Below are positions 24,521-37,015 of a stretch of DNA of 64,000 nt, piece after piece (the stretch's first letter is position 1; every line of letters begins with the position of its first letter). Source of the DNA: Podarcis gaigeae (Eukaryota). Made by a program: the position numbers and the translations under genes. The stretch lies in assembly GCA_964106915.2 (NCBI GenBank), contig OZ066915.1, one strand, 5' to 3'. Under the pieces are notes generated by a model. The model did not search any database, had not been told where the DNA came from, and worked only from the letters and a program-made list of their open reading frames with translations.

Positions 24521-26559
24521 TTCAATATACTTTTTTTTGGTACTGTACTGGTTTTCAATATACATTTTTTTGGTACTGTACTGGTACCTCCTGAAAGGTG
24601 TATGTTCTGAATCATGGTTAAGGCATTCTGAGATAGGTACCAGCTCTCAGGAATGGGCACTATGATCTTTTCACATGGAAGACTAAACTATGGATGAAAA
24701 TGGCCCCCAAGGTAAATTCCTTCCCTAGTATTCTCCATATGTGCAGGAAAGGGAGTCTCTTTGTGCCTAGTGAGGAAGTGAGGCCAACAAATTGCAAAGC
24801 TCTGCATTTTTCACTTACTCCCAGTGGATGCTGCACAAGATGATTAATATTTTAACATCTTTGTGTTCTCTGTTTTACTTTTAACACTGGAGCACTTTAA
24901 ATCACTTGGGAAGAAGAAGGTCTGTCTATTCTCCAGTTACATAAACAATTGGGGGTACTAGGATGAAAAAGGAAAATAATTTGGGTGGAGTTAGGAGAGA
25001 AGGTAGGATGAAGAAAACTGTTTTACATATAACGTCAAAAACCGAAATTTTCCAGCGCCTGGTGTGAGTGTGGAGTTAGATTCCTATGTTCTGCTGGAAT
25101 TGAGTTCTACAGAACCTCTGAAAGTGTCTTGTAAACAATGTGTTGGAAAGTAGAGAGAATATTCCAGGTCTTCAAACAAATGCCTGTCTTGTTTTTCCAC
25201 CCATCCCCATGTGGATAGGCCTAATTTATTAGAGGATGAAAAATGAGTCAATGACCTTGTCCACTGCCCTTCCCACATTTTATGTATTTGAGTCCTGTTT
25301 ACTAGAGATGTAAAATTTATGGAACTGCTAGCAGCATTGATAAACCTCCCCCCCCCCCTTGTGGGTAGGATGGGGGTAATGATGAACATTTTGTGAAACA
25401 CTGAAATATTAGCGGTATGTGCTTGAGAGTTCATACTGCATTTGATAATAGCCATTGGGGTCAAAGGTACCTTAAGAATAGAGATGTCCTTAAAATACAA
25501 CAAACTAATGTTTGAAATAAGGAATTGCAAAGTTATATTGAATTGAATTTCCAAAATATAGTAACTGCCACCAGATGTTAATAAAATAATACTGACAGTG
25601 AACCAGCCATTTACATCAGTGTAACCATTTCTATTGTAGCTTTGAAAAAATGCCCCCCCCCATATTCTAAAACCAGTATTTGAAGACTCCATGGTTTGTC
25701 ATCTTAACCCAACACACTGTTATTTCTACAAATTGATCCTATGTACCAATTGGTCAGGATCCTTAGGGTTGGGGTTTTTGTTTTTTTACACTTAACTGCC
25801 AATCCCAATTTGCTTTTAAAAGTCTGCCAGCCTTCAAAAGGGGCTTGCCATGTGTATCGGAGGACCGCTGCTGAGATTACAAACCCGAAGTGGTTGATGC
25901 ATCTCTCTGGAATGTGGTCCTTGAACTAGCTTCAGGCCTTTCACATCTTGGTTTGATGCTTAACTTTTGTGCATTTCCAAATGTACCTGATAGGCCGTAA
26001 TCAGAGAGGATTTTTTCCCCCCTTTTAAATTGCTCTTAATAAAATTAGAACAGGTAAAAAATATTTAAAATCAAAATAGTGGTTGGATATTAAATTTTAA
26101 ATGCTCCCTTGTTTATTTATTTGTTTTTGGAGGTAAGATTTGAAAGATAGGCTTAACTGTGGGGTACAGACCCGTTTGAATGGAACTAAAAAACACCTGA
26201 CAGGCATGCCACATTAGTCCTCTTGCCATTGTCAGTGTTTCTCTGGTTTAAAGTGGATATATGTTGACAGCTAGTGCAATTGCCATTTCACACAGCTTCC
26301 TTGTAAAAGACCTGTTGCCTGGCTTAACTTGCTTCATCCCAAAGGTTTTTTTTTTTTTAAAAAAAATAATCTTTGAAATTACCCAAATGAATGATTCACA
26401 TAAGTATATGTAATTATCTATGGAAGAATGACTCATCTTGCAGCTGCTTCCAATTAATGTCTATCATTTATGAAATAGTTCAGATACTATTTGGGAGAAA
26501 TTGACACTCTGTAACTATACTGTTTGGGTCCCCCTCTGCATGTTTGTACTGCTCTCCTG

Positions 26560-26804
26560 GCCTGCCATCATCCAAAGATTTGGGTATTTGCGCTACCCTT
26601 ATGCGGATGACACCCATTCCATCTCTCCATTCTGTTTGAATCAGTAGCAGCAGCTGTGCAGTGCTGGACCAGTGTCTGGAGGAAGTGATGGGCTGAATGA
26701 GGATCAGTAAACTAAGGAGCTGGGATGGACAGGCAATCCCTGTGTCTGGAAATTAGGAGGACAACCTGTTCTGGAAGGGTGTGCACTCCCTTCTCTAGAG
26801 GAAC
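26560..26804 (+). mobile_element. Old L2-clade RT fragment, interrupted by the following L1
   Basis: tat gcg gat gac acc (YADDT) at 26600; appears to resume at 27195 ('ggtttgtagt…gtgctc'). Confidence 0.7.
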
Positions 26805-27194
26805 AAGAGGATCTACCGACAGTTGAAGAGTGGAGAATGAAACTTATGGATTACGCAGAATTGGACAAAATGACTGGGAAAATTAGATACCAAAAAGACC
26901 ACAAATTCATCGAGGACTGGGGAAAGTTTACGGATTATCTGGAAAATAGATGTGATGTACAGACAACGTTAGTCGGTTTTAAAGAGGCTTTGTGATTGTT
27001 AAAGATGTACTGTAAGAGAAAAACAGAAGTGTTAAGTTACTATTAACTGGCAATACAAGACATGAAAATGCGTAATGAATAAGAAATATGGATGATTGGT
27101 GGAGGAGCTGGTGGAAGTTCAAAAATTGTAAAATACGAGAATAAGATTGTGTTGAATAATTAGTAAAAAAAAATTAATAAAAATTATAAAAAAA
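26805..27194 (+). mobile_element. 5'-truncated L1/Tx1-clade LINE 3' end with AATAAA and A-rich tail
   Basis: Translates EDLPTVEEWRMKLMDYAELDKMTGKIRYQKDHKFIEDWGKF, homologous to the element at 23840-24520; AATAAA and poly(A) to 27194. Confidence 0.8.
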
Positions 27195-27671
27195 GGTTTG
27201 TAGTATGTGCTCTTGAAGTAGTATAAAATACTTGCATTCTGGCTATTTTGTGATGGCTGTGGATCCGCTGACAAAGCTCTGAAATCTTAATATCTTTCTT
27301 TGTGTTTCTTCTTGTGTACTAATACTTTATCCCTTGCTCCAGCCCTTCAGGGTGGAGGAAGCTACTCATCCAGTGGAAATGATTTCTTTTTACCAGAAAG
27401 AAGCTAAAGAACAGTTTTGGAAATGGCAACATTACCCTCTTTGTTCTTACCCCAGCACAGAATCAACATTGTGTCATTTAAATTTTTTTTTAAGGCAGTT
27501 GCTACTTCCTCTAGAGGTCTATATTGCTGTTTTAATACAAATCACTCTCTTGATGATTACCAAATCCATTCCACTGCATGCTTGCAATAACTTAGGCTTT
27601 TTACTATTTTGCTTGACTGCTACTGATATATTGATGTGATCTTTAGAGAGGAAGAGATGATTGAGCTAGAA

Positions 27672-27975
27672 CAGGGGTCTGCAACCCACGGCTCCGGAGC
27701 CGCATGTGGCTCTTTTACACCTTTGCCGCGACTCCGCGGCGGATACTAGCGAGGGGAGGAGGCACATTGTGCACCCCGACACTCCCCACTGGCGCATGGG
27801 GGCGGTGCGTGCGTTAGTCACGCACCGTCCTGACGTCACCTTCCCGTCCGCTGTCAGATCGGAGGGCAGCGGCGCGCATGCTTTAAATGTCGCAATGGTT
27901 TTGCGGCTCCCAGGTTTTTTTTCTTCAGAAATGGGTCCAAGTGGCTCTTTTTGTCTTAAAGGTTGCAGACCCCTG
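27672..27975. mobile_element. Intact 304-bp non-autonomous hAT (Buster/Charlie-type) MITE
   Basis: Perfect 15-bp TIR CAGGGGTCTGCAACC; perfect 8-bp TSD AGCTAGAA (27664-27671 / 27976-27983); CpG-rich. Confidence 0.95.
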
Positions 27976-30924
27976 AGCTAGAATAATAGCAGGGCATCTT
28001 AGGAGATTGCAAGGACGGACATTTTTTCATATTCTTGTGTACTGGGAAGTAGAAATGCCCTAGGTGACCATTTAAGGGCAAAACAAAACATTACCTGTCT
28101 AACTGTTATGGAAAAACCACCCTATTTTGCCTTTTTCACAACAAGATCTTCATTGAGCTGTTGACTCATGGTCAGTCACCATCTGTTAGGACCCGGTTCA
28201 CATATATGATTTTATTTTATTTAGAAGATTTAGAAACCGCTCAATTGAAGAGCTCTCTAAGCAGTATACAATAAGTCATATCTTTAGTCTCAGCTTTAAA
28301 TCATAACCAACTGTCCTTTGGATATCTTCTCAGTTTGAGTCCTTGCATTCTTGAATTTTGGGACAGTGCCATCACATATGGAGATCATCAGCTGCTATTT
28401 GTCCACATTTTCAACATCCGTATGTTTTGTTCTTATCAGTTTTATTTAATTTATTTAGGGTTAAATGCCAGCTATATTACAGTTGATAAAAAAGCTAAAA
28501 CTGACACAGATAGCATTGCTTGCTGTGCCAGTAAAAACAGATGTCCATCTGCATAGAAGTGTCAGTCATATTTTACCCATCTCTTTCTAAAAAAATTCCT
28601 TTTTCTGTAACACTTATTTCATTAGAAGACGGTATATTTTTGATGGTAACCCCTTAGTATTGTCTGTTGTTAGAACCTAGTATTCAAATCCTGAATACAA
28701 GGTTCCTTTTCTAAGAATTTCCATGGTTACATAATTTGCCAGTTGACAAATTTGGAACCAGTGGGGGTGATAAGAATCTGATGGCTTTTCACAATGTCAT
28801 TGACTCTTATAATACTGTTTTTTTACTCGTAGAGTGCTAAGTGTTTCATTACAAATAAAATATGACAAAAGGGATATAGAAGGACTTTAAAATATTTGTG
28901 CAAGATGTTAGCATTTTTCATATTGTTCAAGAACTCTGACATTTTAGGCTTCTGGTGTTTCTCAAACTCACTTTTAAACCCCAAGGTAGGTTAGTAAATG
29001 GCATTTTAGCATTACCTAGTTCCATCACATACTCAGGATCAGTTTGGTGCTCTTTGGCAATTAAATTCTGTGTTAGACATTTATATTGCAGACTACATGA
29101 TGCAGTTGCAGCTAACTAACCCCCTTTTATGGCAGGAAAAGTGAAAACTGGTTGTTCTGGAGCAGTAAGTAAGTAGAAGCTGCTTTTCTTCCGTTTTTCA
29201 CAGTTTATGCTTCTGGGATGAATAATCTGTAAGTAATTTGCCCACGCAACATAGGCAGTCTGTACTGTAAAGATTAGGCACTAATAGCACCTTCCCCATT
29301 CTGACTGCTCATTCACCCATTGCTGCCTCTGCCTCTGAAAAGCTGCCTAGCATTTGTTTATGGAAGTCCAGAGCATGTAGTGAAAAAGCTGAGTAACAGT
29401 CCTTCTTCCTTTTCCCAGAGAGAGTGCAGGGGAAGATGCATTGGGCCTAATATGACCTCAGAAATAACTTCCTTAATCACAAGTTTGTAGAGGGGGAGTA
29501 AGCTTGTTGCGCCACCTGTATCGCACTATTCCCTTTTCATATGTTAATCAGTAATTAATCTTGATTTTTGTTGGGTTTAGGAGTTTTACTCTTGGCACAT
29601 GTGCAGAACCAATTATATCGTAAATCACCCGTGTTTCAGCAAATGTCATTCTGATAGTTCCCTACTGCATAGAGCACTACTAGTAAAACATTTGAGGTCA
29701 GGAACTTGGATTCCTCAACCACTGTATTCAAGGAAACCCATTTATTGTTCTGTCTCAGTAGAAAAGGTTCATTTCTCTTAGACTTATATCACATTGGCAG
29801 CCAATCAAGGAAAGTCATAATTGCATTTATGCAATTGGGGGCGGGTGAGCTGAGGCCGCATTAATCTGTCTTAATGAATTAATACCACTGGCCTCTTTTC
29901 ACCCCCAATATGAATGTGGCAGTTTCTTAAGAATACAGTATTTTACGTTCTTTATTGAGCAAGAATTACGCTTTGGGCACTCAAACAGAGTGCTTGACCT
30001 GCGTCTCTCACACTGTAAAATTGCTAAATGTATTCTTTGTACTTGATTCTGCAGAAGGATTTAGAGAGACTTGCCATGGATTGCATGAAGCAGTATTCAT
30101 CTCAAATTATCCCGAGCTGACTACTGGGCCTTTTTGATAGCCTTCTTGTGATGATTTGTGCTGTGGATGATAAAGATGGATGATTTTAAAAATTCAGTTA
30201 AAAGGATCTTTCAGGCTAACTATTAAATTAGATCTATGTAAACTGGAGGGAAAAGCAATCATACCATGTCCTATTTGGGAAATGAGAATTGGCAGCTTTC
30301 TTCTTGTCATCACATCAGCTGCTTGAATTGTGCAGAGTCTAATCATATCTCCAGGTTGTTCAGAGAGCATGTTGATTAGATACAATATACAAAAGTGCTT
30401 ATAAGAGCATCCTGCATTTAAGGGAATTGCTTTTGCGCTTGCCAAAATCAGGGATGTGAGCTCTTTAATCTTGCCGCCAGCTCAGTGGGAAGAAGATGGT
30501 GCATCTGTTTCAACATTTTCAGTGTCCTTGGTGCTCCTAAATGTGTCCAGCTCTCCTTCTCAGGGTGTCCTAAATGTGCCCCAGCTCTCCTTGGGCTAAA
30601 TTAGTAAAATCATGACTCAAAGGCTGCATCATAGATAATCCAAATTAGATTTTCTATTTCTGTAACAATGTTTTTGGCAATGGCTTGTGAAAGGCAAGGA
30701 AGGGCATGTGTTGGGCATTAGACAGGGCAACAAAGATAGGAAGACACTTTGAGACACATGGACCCAGAAGCTCAGCCCCGTGACTGGAATGCATATCCGA
30801 GTCCTGTATTCCAGTTTTGCTCCACACTATACCATATACAAAGGTAAATGAAGTATTTATAGCTTGGAATTCTTCTTGTTATGGCCCACACTCAGGCAAG
30901 CATCAACACCCAATGCAATTTAGA

Positions 30925-31062
30925 CAAATGTTTCTTAACACCAGGTCAAGGATGAAGAAGTTGTTGGACTCTAATTGTTAGTAGCCCCAGCCAACATGAT
31001 CAGGGATGATGGGAGTTGTAGCCCTCCAACATCTGGAGGGCCACAGGTTACCTATTCCTGCT
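30925..31062. mobile_element. Degenerate short hAT-type MITE
   Basis: 'ggggatgatgggagttgtag…aacatctggagggccacaggtt..ctattcctg'. Confidence 0.6.
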
Positions 31063-32466
31063 TTAGATCCCCACTGTGCAAACCAGACCTATTCATTCTT
31101 GCAGCCCTCTCCAGAGAGAGGATTTTAAATGTATAACTTCATCACAAGTCTATCTTTAGTTGTGCTCCTTGACGTGTCCTGACAAGAGCTGGTGTCAGGG
31201 TTTGACTCCAGTTTTTGCTAATCGGCCATTTATAATTAATGCTGGTTTTTGTTCCCACAGTTATTTAGAAAGAGCTTTCACGTATTCTAGGAAACAGATA
31301 GTGGAATCCCTTTGTAGAACTAAGGGCAGAGTAAGGCAATTTAATCAGCAATATTTTTTGTAGATGACACAAGATGGACAACTCTGACTAAGAAAGTCTT
31401 CTATGCATTATTATCCCAGTTTCAAGTTCTAGCCATGTTGCACACTTCAAAACCTGATTCCATCCTGGCCCAGAATTACCATCCTTCCACACAGAGCTGC
31501 TGTCCTGGCTGCAGAGTGGGTTGTTTCTTCTGGTTCTTATTACTTAATGCAGCCTCTGTATCTATATGTATGCATAGCTTTCCTGTTTCCATTATTGTGT
31601 CTGGAGCAGACACAGCCTGACATACTTAGCATTACCTCCCCTGGTGCTTTCCATATAATCTGACTGGATGGGGAAGGGTGAAGAGAGTGAGGCTGCTGAG
31701 TGACTCTGCTGGGAGCACTGGAGCTTTTGGCTGGGGCGCTGTGGTCCTCCCCACATGGGCCAAATGCACAGCCATACTTGCCGTTCCATAACGATCCCAT
31801 TCACATTGGCTTAGCATTAGCGCCCTGGTTCCCAGCAGGAACTCATTGGAAACTATTTATCATTTCTGACACAGAAGGTAAAATCCCTCTTGTTTTATTG
31901 AAAATACACTCTTCAAGTTTTCATTTAACAGCTGCTATGAGGAGTCTGCCGAGTGCTGGGAACTGTTCTGTGAGAACCACAGCAATGCGCCAGACAAGTT
32001 AGCAGTCAGAACTCAGTAAAATGAGGCAGTGTGGTCGTTAATCATATCTGTTTACTGACAGGAGGCTCATGATATATCACTTGGCCCACCTGTTGGATTA
32101 ATGCTTTTCCTGAATGTTTGCAAATGGTTTTTTGCTAGACAGGTGAATGTTATCTTTTCCTCATTCTGGGAGACGTGAGGTGCAGAAGTATGAAGCCAGC
32201 GTAGTCAACGCGGTCAGTGACAAGGGGAGAGTTTCTTTGAGCTCCTGATATCTATGGACATTGATTATGCTCTGTAATTTCTTATTTGTTTCCTTCTGAT
32301 CTGGTCTAGAACTCTTTGTATGTTAAAATGTAGGATGCAGGAATGGACAATTGGGCATACTCTGCCTCTTTTATAGGTTTTGCCATTTATGGATACCTTT
32401 CACCATCCATGGGTTGAAATCAAGGCTTGAGCAACCATGATTGTGTTCTTTTCATTTTATCTTGTA

Positions 32467-32691
32467 CAGTGGTACCTCTGGTTACAAACTTAATTCATTC
32501 TGGAAGTCCGTTCTTAACCTGAAACTGTTCTTAACCTGAGGTACCACTTTAGCTAATGGGGCCTCCTACTGCCGCCATGCTGCTGGCGCACAATTTCTGT
32601 TCTCATCCTGAGGTAAAGTTCTTAACCCGAAGTACTACTTCCAGGTTAGCGGAGTCTGTAACCCGAGTGTTTGTAACCCAAGGTTCCACTG
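32467..32691. mobile_element. Intact Tc1/mariner (Tigger-like) MITE
   Basis: TA|CAGTGGTACCTCTGGTTACAAAC … GTTTGTAACCCAAGGTTCCACTG|TA; TA target duplication. Confidence 0.9.
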
Positions 32692-32719
32692 TAAGAGCAG
32701 TTTCTTTTAAATTTTTGAT

Positions 32720-33037
32720 GTATACCCCACTTTTCCTCCACATTGCTCAAATACATTGTTTTTTCTCTCCTCATTTTGTCCTCAAGAACCCTGTAAGCAG
32801 TGCTTTTTTTCAGGGGGTACTCAAGGGAAGGGCACTCAGTACCAGCACCTCTTTTTTTGGTTAAAAAGTTGTGACACTTACTGTAACAACTTCGTGGTGA
32901 GTACTGGCACCTATTTTTCTAGGGGGGGAAATACAGCCACTGCCTAAGGTAATCCAGTGAGCTTCCTAGATGAGTGGAGATTTCAACCCTGGTCTCCCAG
33001 GTCCTAATACAAAACTCTAACCACTGCACCACACTGA
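32720..33037 (-). mobile_element. Squam3-like SINE interrupted by a small DNA element
   Basis: 'ccagtgagcttc…ggagatttcaaccctggtctcccaggtcc…ctctaaccactgcaccacactg' is the reverse complement of a tRNA-derived head with A/B boxes. Confidence 0.7.
32798..32942. mobile_element. Small non-autonomous DNA element (CAGTG…CACTG ends) nested in SINE
   Basis: CAGTGCTTTTTTT … AAATACAGCCACTG ends; repeated internal GTAC..GCACCT motif. Confidence 0.6.
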
Positions 33038-34438
33038 CCCTTGTACTGTTTCTGCTCTGAAAACATGGACCAAATGTAGTTGGAAATGATCTAGGTGCAA
33101 GTAAGTCCAGTCCAGCTCCCTAATTCCTGGAGAACTGCCACCAAAGGATGCCAAACCTCTCTCGTACGAAGCTGAGATGGAAAATCCACTGAATGTTTCT
33201 GGGATGCACCCCTATGAAAAGAATTTCCTTGGCCTAGGAAGGAGCCCATTCCTAGCAGCAGCATTTGAGAAAATCTAGAGCTATGCTCCAGGCTTACAAA
33301 GCAGCCGGCATCTCAGCTTCATATCCTGTAATATATTTAGGGAGAATTGGCTTCCGGAAGGATACCCCTGGTTTACTACTTTTTCATAGACTTGGATCCC
33401 AAAGTGCATCTCAGGGCTCTTTTGGAATGACTTGATGCATGCTAATTTAATGGGAGATAGAGACATGGGGTGAATGTAGATGATCAACCTGCCAAGTAAT
33501 AAATGTGGGGAAGCTTGTTTGTTTCTTTAAAAGTGGGTTGAAGTGCAGCTGTAAAGATGACCATGGCTGGCTTAGTAGGATTCTGTGGTTGCTCTTGCTC
33601 CACCCCTAATTAGTTAGTCAGTCAGTTGTTCTGTTGCCATGGAGTGAAGACGAACTCCACCATGCATCGCTGCAGTGTCTTGTCTCTAATTCCCAGCTCT
33701 TTGTTTCGGGAAGTAGATACTTAATATATCCTCACCAATAAAGCATTCTCTTTTAGAGGATTTTTTCTGGGGTGGGGAATTTGGGACATTTAAAAAAGTA
33801 GATTGTGCTTTAAGTAATATGTGTGAAGGCATATACTCTGTGTACTTTCGCATCGTAAAAGCAATATTTTGTATGCACATCCCACAGAGAGTCTCAAAAC
33901 TGAACTCACAAAACCATCAGGATTTCACAGGGGTCTCTCCCAGGCCTATCAGGAAATAAATTGGGACCTTCTGCATGTAAATGCTGTACCCCTGGCCTGC
34001 AGTAATAGTTGGGTTCTGTTCCCTAAGGGGGAAAATACACTAGTCATGAGATTAGCTCAGAGAAATATCTTCCCCCTCTCAGTGTCACGTGCCATGGATT
34101 CGGCTCACCAATTTACCAAATGGTAAATGTGGGAAGTCTCATTGAGAAAGGGCTCTCATCTTTTACCCCACATTCAGATGTGTGACAGAAAAAACTGCAC
34201 CACATTTTAGAAATTCTGTAGGACAGGGATCTCACATTAATGCCATTAAAAAGTGTATCACGTGCTTAAAATAACTACATCAGCATAAACATTTAAAATT
34301 CACAATGAAAAATTACAAATAAGCAATATCGCACAAAGAGCAGATAAAGTAAAAGTAGCCAGTTAAACATCTTTAAATTCAAAATGCACACTAAATAAAA
34401 TTGTCAAACAGCTTAGACGAATTACCCTATTAGCTCTA

Positions 34439-34575
34439 CAGTGGTACCTCAGGTTACATACGCTTCAGGTTACAGACTCCGCTAACCCAGAAATATTACC
34501 TTGGGTTAAGAACTTTGCTTCAGGACGAGAACAGAAATTGTGCAGCGGCAGCGCAGCAGCAGCAGGTGCTCCATA
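34439..34575. mobile_element. One-ended copy of the 32467-32691 MITE family, inverted
   Basis: TA|CAGTGGTACCTCAGGTTAC…ttacagactccgctaacc…gttaagaactt…gagaacagaaattgtgc is the reverse complement of about 32555-32691. Confidence 0.85.
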
Positions 34576-36756
34576 GACAATTGACCAGCTGGACCACACA
34601 TTGCAGTCTGCCTATGAGGGGGACTTCTACAACTTAGTTATTCTAGAACTATAGAAAAAAGAAATTCTATTTCCATATCCCACAACAGTTAAGCTTCTTA
34701 AATAATAATTAGAATGTTAAAAATTAAGATTGACACTTCAGTATCTTTTAAAGCATGTTGCTCATTTCACAGTCCCCACCCCCGAAAGAATAGAAATATG
34801 TGACCCAACTTGAAAGTGTGAAGGCAAAAATGTGTGGCCTTGTTTCTCCAATTCTTGCTGAGTCTGAAAGTGCTACCCTTTCTTCTCTTCCACTGCCGGC
34901 TACCTTTTTACAAGGAATCTTTTGTTGTTGTATGAATTCATAATACAGACACTGTTTCTAGCAATACATCAGCAAGCCTTACCATAGTCTGAGCATAAAT
35001 GGGGGGAAACGTGAGACACTAGTCTGAAATTCCACTTTTCAATGTGGCTGTACTGTTTGAAGAAGACTGAAATCTATGTGCCATGTTCTGCCTGTGTAAT
35101 GAAGTTTGCATTGATATTCTGTTAATGCTGATGCCACTCAAAGTCCAAAACAACTGCATTTAAGCAGCACATCTTCTTGCATGGGATGATCTTGCTTTTT
35201 AGTTGGGTTAACAGCCCGATGAGGTCACTTCTTTGCATATCAAGCTGGTGTGCATCACCTTTTGTTCCTAAAAACAAACTTCACAAAACCACCACACAAA
35301 ATCATCCTTTTTTATTTTCCCCTATTGATCTTCAAAGGATTGCATTCTAAACAGTACATTGTGGCCTGTGAATGCAAGTTCCCCTAGTTTAGGACCATTT
35401 CCTCTGCTGATAGGCAGAAGTTGTAAGGATCATTATACTTTTCATTTAAGCTGTAATTATATTAAATGGCATTTGTGATTGGTTTGTAGCACATAAGGGA
35501 TGTTTTATGTTGCACTCGTTATCTGTACATAAAATGGGCAAGAGTTTGGTAATGGTGTGTCTGCAGAATGAGACGAGGGAGGGTGGTCCCACTTTATGCA
35601 AGTAAAGACAAAAGTCATAGCATGTGGTTCCAAAGTGGTTGAATCAGAGGTACCAACATTGCTTTTAATGAGGAGTTGCCAATACTAGGTTATTATGATC
35701 CAAGTGTTAAATTAGATAATCCTACCTAAAAAATTAGATTCTACAACTCACATCTATTATTCTCTAATGAAGAGGATATTTGCTTGATATATGCCAAGAC
35801 TTAGAACCTCTCATTAAATCACATTTACTTACAATTTAGATTTTAGTTTCTGTAATGGTAATGTTGAAGCAACAAGCTCACCCCATCTAACCCAATTTGC
35901 CAGTGAAACCAAGGGGTGCTGGGCTTGCGAAACAGTGTCAGGGATAAGAGCTGTTCTCAAGCTTGTGGCACAAGCAGTCTGGAGCCCTGGGTTGCTCGTG
36001 GGAGATGAGTACTCAGCTTTATCAAGACTGCATGCCAAATATCAGTTTTTCCTTGCTGTAAAAATAATATGTGAAAGGGCTCTTGAGAAATCAGCAATGT
36101 ATATATTATATGAGAGTGGGAATGAGGAGGAATATATGTGGCATTCATTCAGCAACCAGATGTAGAGGTCCCGAGCTTCATTTTTTCTTATTATAAACCT
36201 GTTGCAAATTAAAAACAAGAAAGAAACAAGCTACTGTGAGATCAGATGTAGCGTTACTGATGTCAGGTGCAGGATTTATTTTCAAGAGCAAGATTTATCT
36301 GCGCAAGTCCTTTGGAGAAGTTGTCCCAGGGAAAGCTAGCTGTACTGTGAGTTTTATCTTCTTTCCAAACTACACTTGTTTTTAAGTGCACGTTTGCTGT
36401 TTTCCATGACCAATCACCCTCTTCCTAAAGATTTATAACTCAGCTGTTTCAATTTGTGATGGGCCGAAACTTTGGAATGCAGATTGTCAGTCCAGATGTC
36501 AGACCTTTCCTTAAAAAAAGAAAATGAAGGATTAAATTAGGTATGTGTGATTTCCCCCCCTTTTCTTTGAAGGCTCAAAATGTCACTTGAAGTCCTAAAC
36601 TTATTTCCTGTTTCCTTTCAGATGTGATGGTTCACTTTTAAAAGAGAAAACATATTGCTGAGCACCAAGTTCTGAACTATAAAAAATAAAGTTAACTAGA
36701 GTCCTATGGCTAATGTGTAGACTTAAATGAGAATGATATAGTATCATCATATGTAG

Positions 36757-37015
36757 TTTGTTTATTTATAATAATATTTATATATCACTATTTCGTTTTT
36801 TAAAAAACAAAGCGGTTAACAACAATAACACATAAAACCGTGCAGTTAAAACCATATGGAAGTTAAAATCAGACTTCAATTAACTATTGTGGGAAGATGT
36901 GTTCTTCATCGCCTGCATAGGCTTCGCAGAATAGAAAAGTTTTCAGCAGGCATTTAAAAGTTGAAACAGAAGGTGCCTGCTGAATTTCTGTTGGTAGAGT
37001 ACCCCACAATGTTCT
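36757..37015 (-). mobile_element. Old L2-clade LINE 3' fragment
   Basis: AT-rich tail followed by 'gttttcagcaggcatttaaaagttgaaacagaaggtgcctgctgaatttc'. Confidence 0.55.

Noticed and set aside
25084-25692. 202-aa minus-strand ORF
   Set aside because: No recognisable homology or domain and no supporting exon structure; compatible with chance in 64 kb.
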